This document shows, one piece after another, positions 23,054 to 32,512 of a stretch of 32,512 bases of DNA (its first letter is position 1; every line of letters begins with the position of its first letter). The stretch covers positions 211,507 to 244,018 of the forward strand of contig JARFOE010000072.1 of assembly GCA_031763465.1 (NCBI GenBank), in the 5' to 3' direction. The notes beneath the pieces were generated by a model that was given only the letters and a program-made list of their open reading frames with translations, was not told the DNA's origin and made no database searches. This DNA is from Squatina squatina. Its lineage: Eukaryota. Both the position numbers and the translations under genes were made by a program.

Positions 23054-23345
23054 GGGGCCAAAATTGAGCTACTGCAATGTCCCATTAGCACCTCCGAGGG
23101 GCGCTAATGGGACATTTAAAAAAATGGCATCGGGAGGCAGCCATCTCGCCTCCTGGGGCATTCAGCAGGGGCGCAAAGGCATTTGTGCCTGCCCAACTGA
23201 ATTCCGCGGCGGGTCAGCATGTGACGTCATCAAAACTCGGGCCAATCTGCTGCAATGCCCTTCACTCTCTGTTTGCATCCCACGGTCAAAATTCACCCGC
23301 GGTTGCAGCGACACAAAAATCTGTCGCTGCAATGGGCCTCTTAAA
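23054..23345. mobile_element. GC-rich MITE-like element with internal hairpin (copy 2, left end)
   Basis: It begins with the terminus GGGGCCAAAATTG, contains the hairpin AATGTCCCATTAGCACC-TCCGAGG-GGCGCTAATGGGACATT (23076-23116), and is collinear with 15278-15563. Confidence 0.75.
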
Positions 23346-23445
23346 NNNNNNNNNNNNNNNNNNNNNNNNNNNNNNNNNNNNNNNNNNNNNNNNNNNNNNN
23401 NNNNNNNNNNNNNNNNNNNNNNNNNNNNNNNNNNNNNNNNNNNNN

Positions 23446-23522
23446 CCTCCCCTTTTCCTAATCGGCCACCATTCAGATAATAATCTGCTTTCCTGTTCTT
23501 GCCACCAAAGTGGATAACCTCT
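23446..23522 (-). mobile_element. CR1-type LINE fragment abutting Myb/SANT exon 2
   Basis: Translates EVIHFGGKNRKADYYLNGGRLGKGE, the CR1 post-RT 'HFG..N....Y.LNG' motif, with no decay visible. Confidence 0.85.
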
Positions 23523-24109
23523 TCTGCTGTGAGAGGTAGCACACCTCCCTGTGCCACTAGCTCACCAGCATCCTCGCCAATGATGCGGGCAACATCTTGC
23601 TTGATGTCAGACAGTGGAATGACTTGGCCCTTTCCGCCTCCGGTATGCATTTGCTCGGCATGGTTCCTTGAGAGCTTCACCTGCATATAATAGCACAACT
23701 GCATTAAGGTCCATACTTCTCACACATCTTCACACTCCATGTCATCACAAAGAAGGTGTGTAATTTGTCTCACAGCTACTGATAACTATTATTGACTACA
23801 TTTCCACAAAGCACTATAATCACACCACTTTTAACACACTTGACTATTGAGACAACATTACACTCACCTTCACTAAACGAGTAAGGTCATTAAGCTTTTT
23901 GCAGCATCGATGTCCTGTGCGGGCTACTACATCAGAGGCCGAGATCACTCTGACAATCTCCCTCCACAAGCCCCTCAGAAGTTGTGCACTTCCCCTTTTC
24001 CAGCCCTGGCAAACAGCCTGTCCACCCTCCACTCCATGGCTGACACAAGCGTCTCCAGGGATGCATCGGAAAACTTGGGTGCCCTGGCCACTCTTCCACC
24101 ACCTACCAT
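23519..24109 (-). pseudogene. Myb/SANT-like DNA-binding protein pseudogene of Harbinger type, copy B (exon 24109-23868, intron 23867-23681, exon 23680-~23519)
   Basis: Exon 1: MVGGGRVARAPKFSDASLETLVSAMEWRVDRLFARAGKG/(frameshift)SAQLLRGLWREIVRVISASDVVARTGHRCCKKLNDLTRLVK|GTGAGT. Acceptor TATGCAG|. Exon 2: VKLSRNHAEQMHTGGGKGQVIPLSDIKQDVARIIGED. The RAPKFS, W..I...V, RT..C.KK.NDL and TGGG motifs are typical of this domain family. Confidence 0.82.
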
Positions 24110-24463
24110 GCCTTTCAAATGACAGCACTGTTTCAGACAACTCAACTACAGTCTTCAAAAACCCCCTGCCTCACTCTGACTGACCATAGCAGTGATTTAC
24201 TAACTGCAACCCTTTAAGGGTTGAGGTGCGCTGGCAAATGATTGTTTCTGATCAGCTAATTTGATGAATTGGTCCAGTGGAAACTATCTCACCCACTTAG
24301 CGCTGCATCTGCACCCTGTTATGATGATTTTGAGCCCCATTTAGACCCCACCTAAAAAAAAAAAGTTAAGACCCCAATATCCAGCGGTGCAGAAACGGCG
24401 CAAAAATCACGCTTATTTGGCAACTTATGTTGCCAGCATGGCGCAATCCAATTGGGCCACCCC
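24110..24463 (-). mobile_element. Upstream/subterminal region and probable terminus of Harbinger-like copy B
   Basis: It contains the palindrome CAACCCTTTAAGGGTTG (24207-24223) and a CpG-containing segment ending CAATTGGGCCACCCC (24449-24463). Confidence 0.5.
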
Positions 24464-25674
24464 TGTTCTGTGATTTCCCACGATAACACTGCTGGCCAAA
24501 GACTGTAGCCCAGCCATTACAAAGACTGCACAAGTCCACCTCTGCAGCATTGCTTACCTCCAAGCCGACCTCACCTCCACCACGACTCAAAACCTTTATT
24601 CTTCCTTTTGCTTTGCCTGCTGACAAAAACCCTCCTTTCAAGTAATATAAAATATTTTGGTATATTATCAAATTAAGCCATTTGTGCCTTTACATGTTTC
24701 ATCTGCCAACTTCTGCTTCTGAAACTGAATTGTACATCCTCTTTGTATCTGTCTCTCTAACGCAAAAGCCAATTGACAATTCTCACCTGCTGGGCTAATT
24801 TGGCTGCATGCAAACAATTGGGATGCAGTTTATATGATCACTGTTGTGTTGCTACGAAGGATAATTCCAGTGTGGTGTCAGGTCAGATTTAAAAAGTGCT
24901 GAGAGGCTCCATTCGATCCAGTTGTCACTTAATAACCTCAAGCTGAGTTTTTTTTTTAAATTCCGAGGAAACAGATGCTCCCGTTTTAAAATTTACTGGT
25001 CGAGAATGTAGATCTGTGCATGCACGTAAGCAACATGCATGGAGCTCTCCTGTGATAGCAGGGCCGCAATTTGCAGCCTGCAGTACAATTACCTTGCTGT
25101 CAGCTGCAAACCGCTCACTCAGCTACCAGTCAGAGAGCAGCAACACAGTGTAACAGCAGCTTCAAATAAATTCTGCCAGTGAACAGCCAGTTAGTGGTCA
25201 CAAATCATTGTGATCAAGAAAGAGAACAATTAATAGCTTCTGCTCACAATTGCTATGAATAAAATTGGCTACAGTCAAAATGAATGAAACCCGGTAGTTC
25301 CATCTGCAGTTTCCAAAGTCCTGTTATTGCTGCCATATCAGTGTCACTCTCATCAGGATCAGGAAGATGGAGTTCAGCTGAGACCCAACTCTATGGCAGA
25401 GAGGTATTGCCACACCAGCTGGTTCTTACAGTTCAAAATGTTTATAGAGTGCCAGTGAGCAGAGAGCAAGTTGCTGGCTGTAAATTCAGCAGGTCTTGCA
25501 TTCAGCAATGGTTTCTCTGCTGCAGAGTTTGACCTCGGTTACAGACATTTTCTCATCAAAAGAGAGCTTTTGGTTTCCCAATTTGATACAATTGATGGTG
25601 GCATCAATATAACAAGACTATGGAGGCTGCTGATGGTTGGAGTTAACCAGTTAATAAGTAAGAGGAGCTAATTA

Positions 25675-25765
25675 ATTTTGAGCAGCAAGGGAGTCAAAGG
25701 TTATGGGGAACAGGCAGGAAAGTGGAGTTGAGGCCAAAATCAGATCAGCCATGATCTCATTGAAT
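25675..25765 (+). mobile_element. CR1/HER1-type LINE 3' region (tail type A), truncated by gap
   Basis: It has 4 mismatches in about 90 nt to the reverse complement of 20906-20996. Confidence 0.88.
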
Positions 25766-25914
25766 NNNNNNNNNNNNNNNNNNNNNNNNNNNNNNNNNNN
25801 NNNNNNNNNNNNNNNNNNNNNNNNNNNNNNNNNNNNNNNNNNNNNNNNNNNNNNNNNNNNNNNNNAGAGTTGTAACTGGCTACACAACAATGGGTGCAGC
25901 ACTTCTGAAAGTAG

Positions 25915-26036
25915 AATGGTATGCTGATAGGGTTAGATGAAATTAGGTGGGAAGAGGCTCTTGTGGAGCCTAAACACGGGCACAGATCAATTGGGTCAAA
26001 TGGCCTGTTTCTGTCCTGTAAATTCGAAGTAATTCA
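25915..26036 (+). mobile_element. CR1-type LINE 3' end (tail type B)
   Basis: GGGTTAGATGAAATTAGGTGGGAAGAGGCTCTTGTGGAGCCTAAACAC...AAATGGCCTGTTTCTGTCCTGTAAATTC, a CR1-like tail ending in the AATGGCCTGTTTCTGT motif. Confidence 0.7.
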
Positions 26037-28629
26037 TGGTGTGATACTCTTTGCATCACCTTAAACTGAGACAAGCAGTATATAAATGCAGGTACGATTA
26101 CTGTTATAAATAATAAACAAGCCTCCACAATATTGGCCATTTAAAGTCTATATAGACAAAGAGACTATTTAATAAACACCCCAATAATAATTATGTTTAT
26201 TTTCTGTTTGGAGGCTGCCTACCTATAAAAGATTGACAGAAGTTAGCTTCAAGAACTATAATGTTGTTGGAATCTTGAATGTTAACCACAGCACCGGTAG
26301 TATTAGATTTCCTTGATTGTTAAATGTGTTTGTGTTGATAAATTAAGCCTCAAAGATCCTAGATAATGTGACATATCATTGTTCTCTAATTATACAATTT
26401 TGATGGTAATGAAAAACAGCTTATCCCTTAGCGGTAGCAAGGCCAGCTGTCTGTACAATTTCATGCTGGTTCTATATCTTTTAGTCCTCTTTGTACAGAG
26501 CACAGCCTCCTGGATCCCTGTCAATAGCTCAAGGTGAAGGATTCATCTTCACATGCAAGGCACAGCAGCACCAGTGGAAATTTATGGTAAGCTCGGGTCT
26601 TCTAATTATTCAAGGTGTCTGAAATATTTTTTTCTGTGACGGAAACTGTGAAGAAATGCGATTGCAACATATGGCACATTTGGAGGATCAGAATGTGCTG
26701 TGACTGAGCGTGGTTTATAAAAGTGCGAACACAAAAATTATTGGTGCATGCAGAAACAGTTTTTTGCAGCAAATGAGTGTAATTGATTAATTTGTGGTCA
26801 GTAATTAATCCTTTATCAGTGCATTATGCATAGTGAGAAGTTCGCAGTAATTACTTTTGCATGGGGAGAATGTGCTGAGTACTTTAAGCTCAGCCTACCT
26901 GCAAAGGAGGAAGAGTTTCCAGTCTATAATTTAAGTAACTAAGAAATCACCTGAAAAAAACTGCCCATCCACAGTGATGCCCATGCATACGAAAGTTTAT
27001 ATGTACTGCACACATCATTTCAAAATGTGACTCTTTCCACCAACAGGCACAAGAAACTCTCAACGGACTAGAACAGGAGGCACAGTGATTACAATGGCTT
27101 TCAATACATTTACCTTACAAAACTGCACTGTCTCCAGTATTTAAAATGAGCTTTTGTTATTTGGTTTTCCATGAATGAGTTGCGCTGGCATAAAAGATAT
27201 ACCTACAATTTACTCAGCTGAGTATAATTTTGACATTACACTTTGAGATGTTAGGTTCATGAAAAGTGTAGCATAAATGTGATCTTATATACCAAATGTT
27301 TCAGAAAACCTAAGCAGCCACAATTTGGGTGGAGAAGGACCGTGTAGGGGATTATGATATAAACCCATGTTCTTGTACCGTGTAGCTAAATATTTGTTCA
27401 CTCCACAGTCAAATACCCTGCTGACACTGTCTAGGGTTCTACATGTAGAATGGGGATTTGTACAAGGGTGGTATAGCATCTGTAAAACTGTATCACAGCA
27501 CTGGGTCTGCACATTAAGGGGTGGAGGGAGAAAATTAAGGGGGTGGGAGGTTCTGCAGAGGTTTCCCAGTTGACTTTAATGCCAGAATTTGTATCTTCAG
27601 ATGCCAGCACCATTAATGGCTGAGTTTGTGAATAATGTCAAAAAAAAATGAACACACATGTTTGACTGCAAAATCCATTATTGGAATTTTAACATATTTA
27701 GTGGGTTTACAATTAAAAACAAATTATTCCCTAAAGGTTTATCTGAGTTCAACATATTCTCTCAAACCTTTCAAACAATATTTCAAAGAATAGTAATGAC
27801 AGTAACAGTGAAAAATATTCAGTGCTGTGTCAGCACCAAACTCTGCCTCAATCAAAGCTACAAGTCCTCGTAATTTGCTCTCCCTTTCTGTCTGCTCGCT
27901 GCCTTGAACACGTGCCATCAAAGTCGAACAACCGCTCTGCTATTTGACACTTTCACTTGCCAAGGCAAGTGCTGACTCAGCACCTCACTAGCTGAGAGAG
28001 TTCTCCATTGTTATCACTCGAACCTCCTGTGTCCCTTCAGACCCCACACCCTACATAGCCTCCTTCTAATTTAGTTACATTCTATCAAGCCTCAGTTTAT
28101 TACAGGTGCTCCATTCACACACCATGTTTCCCACCTCAGCACCCTTTCTGCTACACAGTTAAGAACAGGTTAATGTATTTATCAAATCTGAAGAGCATTT
28201 AGTTAATCCAGTGATATGAGAGCATTATGTCAGGAATCCTCACGCAATCAGGTTTAATCCCTTCTTCTCCCACGAAGGAAGGTCTCACCTACTTCGCAAA
28301 GGTTATAAAAAGTGATGTTCTCCAGTCTTGTCCATAGTAAATAATTAAAGCATTCACCTATTAAAGACCAAAGTGATCCAGTTTGAGTGTAGGAAGCTGA
28401 ATTCCATATTTTATAAGGTGTGCTTAACACCATCATGAACCTTACACTATAGTGCTGTACCAAGTCATCAGGAAATTATGGTTTTAAAACCTAATACTCC
28501 AGACCAAATTTAAAAAATTTCAATAGCATTATTTTCTACCCCCCAACCCCTGATCCATGACGTACATGACCCCCTTTAAGTGCCCAAGACAATCTGCGGA
28601 CCGGCATCTCCCAACACTGCTTTAAAATA

Positions 28630-29005
28630 ATGGTCCAGAATTTGCTATCAAAATTCGCCGTTATTTATTCGTAAGTGGTACACCAACTTCAGGCAAGGGG
28701 CAGATGAGAGGTTAAACGTGAATATCCCAAAGTTGCTGGCTGAGTTGCACCGGTCCACTGTTACCTTCGCAAAAACAATCTCTCGCTGTTTGTCTTATCA
28801 CCGACATGCGTTGAATGGCGTGAAGTTACTGTATTTGCGCGGCAAATAAAAACTAAACTTGCCATGGAAACTTAAGTCAAGTTTCAGTACCCTTTGAACA
28901 ATGCGATAAGTGTTAATTACTGGCAGTCAACCTTTCTGGCACTGAATATTAACAAGGGTGAAGTCCCATTCCTTCAGGTATTAATTGTTGTTGGGTGATT
29001 TAAAA
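28630..29005. mobile_element. Probable non-autonomous DNA element fragment
   Basis: It begins TGGTCCAGAATTTGC, is richer in CpG than its flanks and ends at a gap. No second copy in the window confirms it. Confidence 0.35.
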
Positions 29006-31958
29006 NNNNNNNNNNNNNNNNNNNNNNNNNNNNNNNNNNNNNNNNNNNNNNNNNNNNNNNNNNNNNNNNNNNNNNNNNNNNNNNNNNNNNNNNNNNNNNN
29101 NNNNNTATATTGAAGAAAGCTCCCCCTGATGAAGCATTCAAGTTTCTGCTGTGATAGACGCATGGGGAAAATGAGCACACAGGAAGGGAGGAACAGAAAA
29201 TTTAAAATAACCTGGCAAAGATTTCCAAGAGTAAATTATACCGTCACCAAAAAATTTCTTTAGGTTCTGCTTTAATATAACAACACGATTGCTTTCATTG
29301 ATCGTCTGAAATATTTCAAATGCAACATACTGTCAAATGTTCATTTCAACAATGAAATTGATCATGTTTATTTTACAGACAGATCTTACTTTATATGCTG
29401 CAGAGCAATTAACATTGCATCGTTTAAAATGTACTTTTGAACAGCATGTGGGTTTACTGCAAAACATTATATTTGAGAACAAATCATCTCTGCTGCAATT
29501 ATCCTGTGGCAGCAGGTAGTTTCACTACACATTTTAATTTCAAAAACCACTCAGTATCCTTCTTGTTGCAATAAGGAAATCAATTCGAAGCATTTTTCAA
29601 CCAATATTCTGGTAATGTTATTTTCTGCTTCCGCACTCTAATATTCAGATGCTGGAGGCCTCTAAACTCCTTAACCTTTGCTTCTGGTCACAACAAGCAA
29701 ATGCTGGCAGCAAACTGCATACTACTTAACCTTCAGAAGTGATGCATTACACTATTTGACACGAGATCAATCACTGCAGTGTCCATTTATGCTGAACCTC
29801 TTTTTCTCACTCACCCCGAGTGACTTGTTAAAATGATAGAAAACGAAGATAAAACTAGTGTCCAGGGCTGTGCACATGCAAGGGGATAAGTCTAGACTAA
29901 ATCATCATTATAATGGTGCTGGAGATAAAGATAGTGTGGAATAAAATATTCCAGTAATATATAGAATAGCTTTTCAAATGCATCACCAGAATTAGCGAGC
30001 CTTGTTGCTGATCTGTGGTGCAGTTGGCACCCATTGGTTTACACAGGAATCAAAAGATAACTTAAAAATGTGAAACTTTAAAAANNNNNNNNNNNNNNNN
30101 NNNNNNNNNNNNNNNNNNNNNNNNNNNNNNNNNNNNNNNNNNNNNNNNNNNNNNNNNNNNNNNNNNNNNNNNNNNNNNNNNNNNAGAGGGGAGGGAATTG
30201 ACAAAACCAATTGAGTAAATGGGAATTGGGACTGATTGATGCAACATTGTAATGGTTGCTGTTTGTGTCTCAGAGCAATAAGGTGACTTGATATCTCTCT
30301 GGAGCACTGAATTTATTTGTGCTGTCATTTCAACAGATGTGTAGCTTGCACTATATGCCACAATTGGTCCAGCATTACCAAGAGCCCTTTCCTGTCTCAC
30401 AAATTAAAGAACTGGTTGGTGATCATCAACTTGATAACCACCAGAGTAAATGACAAACATTTGCTAATCCTTTAAACAGCGTAGATTGCTGACCATTGTT
30501 AATCTTAGCTGAAATATTGATGAGAGCCCAATGTATGCCAACGTCATGCATAGATTATTTTATGAAATCCTCTCAACCAGAGGAGCCTACACCCTAACCT
30601 CTAAATAGCAAATCAGCTCCAAGTGTGACACATCCAATTGTTCATTGTCAATCACAGAATGCAATTTCCCAAACACTGGTAAAATTCTGAAATCCCATGT
30701 ATTAAAAATGGAATTGGACTTATTAAGTCATTGCAAAACAGTGGTCCTTCCTAATGATCTCGTAGCTTTGGCTTTTAATAGTTACAAAACTGTAATTAAA
30801 TTAAATAAAGATACAATAAATATTGCCTTATCATCCAGGAAAAACAAGTTGTTTTATTAAAAAGGGCTGGTTTGAATGCTACCCACAAAAAGAGCTGGAT
30901 ATTGCTGGCACTTAGAGGGCAGGTTCAGAGGTGGGTTTGCTGTCAAAATCGAAAAGATTAACAACGGGTCTGGATCCTTCTGTGATCCAGCCTCCATGTC
31001 AGTTTCCCAAGTGCCAGATCTGCCTGCGCTTTACAGATCCGACAGTTAGCGGCGGGTGAGCCGATGGAAATAGTTAAGAGGGTGCTTAAAGGCACTTAAA
31101 CAGCATTTTACCATCTACTTATCATTTTTCCAGCTTTTTGCTGACTTTCACAGCACTCAGTGAATCACATCAGATAAGTAGGTCAGGTTTTCAATGACTC
31201 TCCATTGCTCTGAATGCTGCAAAAGTAGTATAAAAGCTACCATTTCATTGCTGTTCACTTTCCAATGTTAGAAGCTGGAGTCTTCAGGATCTGGAATACA
31301 CTTTTGAGCGTTATGCAGTTTGGAAGTGTATGAAGTGTACCCTCTATCCAGTGTCACCTCCATGGAGCAATCCACCTCACAATTGACAGATCGCTTCTGT
31401 CATCTCAACTTCAGCTGCCATCTAATCCAGTAGCATTGGTGCCCTTGAAAAAATCTCACCTTGATCCTCAGAATCACACTACGATCAGCCCCAACACCAA
31501 CATCACCAGGCACACCTGCAATACCAACAACAACACCAACCTTATCCACAATCAACTGATACTGGACAGGACACATGGCANNNNNNNNNNNNNNNNNNNN
31601 NNNNNNNNNNNNNNNNNNNNNNNNNNNNNNNNNNNNNNNNNNNNNNNNNNNNNNNNNNNNNNNNNNNNNNNNNNNNNNNNATAACAATTTCACAATTGAC
31701 AGTTGGCTAGCAGTTGGATACTTTTCTTGGCACAATTACAAGAGGCTACTATGTGTGAGACCCATTGCACCTAGACTGTAATCTTGGCAGTATAAGTAAG
31801 TTGCTGACTGCTAGTTTTACAGTGAAGTAGCCTCGATATCATGAAGGATGAAATATGTCCATAATGTGCTATTTTCTTTCCATTCCTGATGCCATAATTC
31901 AAGTTTCAGTACCATTTGCTGGAAAGGATCTAATTGTTCAAGAATCTCAGAACTATCT

Positions 31959-31981
31959 TATATATATATGTGTGTGTGTGT
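31959..31981. repeat. (TA)n(TG)n compound microsatellite
   Basis: Read directly from the sequence. Confidence 0.85.
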
Positions 31982-32435
31982 CAATTTTTAGCATCAGTCA
32001 TTTATTCTTGAATCCAGGAATGGATGTGCTCAACGTAGTCACTTTATTGCAAAGGTTCTCCAGACACAGATGCTGAGAAAAAAAGTCAAATGAGGAAAAA
32101 ACCGGTCTTAACTCAGTTGTGTATTTAGTGTGAGCTTTCGGTGATGCAGTTGCCTTTATATAGGTTATGATGAGAGACTGCGTAAAGTTGGATCATAGTC
32201 CCGAGTAATGAAAAGGTTTTGTGTGTGATCCGATTGACATATTTTAAATAAGGAATAGAAGTAACAACTTAGAAAGGGACAAAGGTGTACACTCCCTGGA
32301 GCCTCATTAACTCAGCACGAGACTCTGCTTCCTTTATTTTGTTTCAAAACCGTTTTGCACAGGGAACTTGAGAAGTGCAATGTGGAGTAGAATTTCCTGG
32401 CAGTGACACAGTGAACAGAGACTGCTGACCCTCCG

Positions 32436-32512
32436 CCCTCTGCCCGTTGTCCCTCTGCCCGTTGTCCCTCTGCCCGTTGTCCCTCTGCCCGTTGTCCCTC
32501 TGCCCGTTGTCC
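32436..32512. repeat. 15-bp minisatellite (CCCTCTGCCCGTTGT)n, five perfect copies, running off the window edge
   Basis: Identical units start at 32436, 32451, 32466, 32481 and 32496. Confidence 0.97.

Noticed and set aside
23162-23704. 180-aa ORF as a novel gene
   Set aside because: It is a chimera of Myb/SANT exon 2, a CR1 fragment, 100 Ns and MITE sequence.
599-31781. Numerous 60-140-aa ORFs spanning N-runs
   Set aside because: Their length is inflated by stop-free Ns; none has coding hallmarks.
32436-32512. CRISPR-like array
   Set aside because: The units are directly tandem with no spacers, and the context is a vertebrate genome.

Overview
This window is vertebrate genomic DNA, most likely from a shark or other chondrichthyan, judged from the repeat families (Deu-domain SINE tail, HER1/CR1-type LINE tails). 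It comes from a fragmented draft assembly with 21 N-gaps: sixteen of 100 N, four of 10 N and one of 34 N. The only host protein-coding sequence is the single coding exon of LRRC4C (netrin-G ligand 1, NGL-1) on the minus strand (3389->1369). The ORF track splits it because two N-gaps are mis-sized; correcting them gives an intact 640-aa protein ending in the PDZ-binding motif ETQI. A strong splice acceptor lies 50 nt upstream of the ATG, so the sequence above 3440 is intron upstream of this exon (the donor was not identified). That region holds decayed CR1 and L2 LINE fragments, SINEs, GC-rich MITE-like elements and two decayed, intron-containing Myb/SANT genes of PIF/Harbinger type, which the ORF track shows only as frameshifted pieces. 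I do not see evidence for a genuinely new biological system. The best leads are the Harbinger-like Myb/SANT elements with their hairpin MITEs, an overlapping uORF at the LRRC4C start, and an inverted LINE-tail pair.
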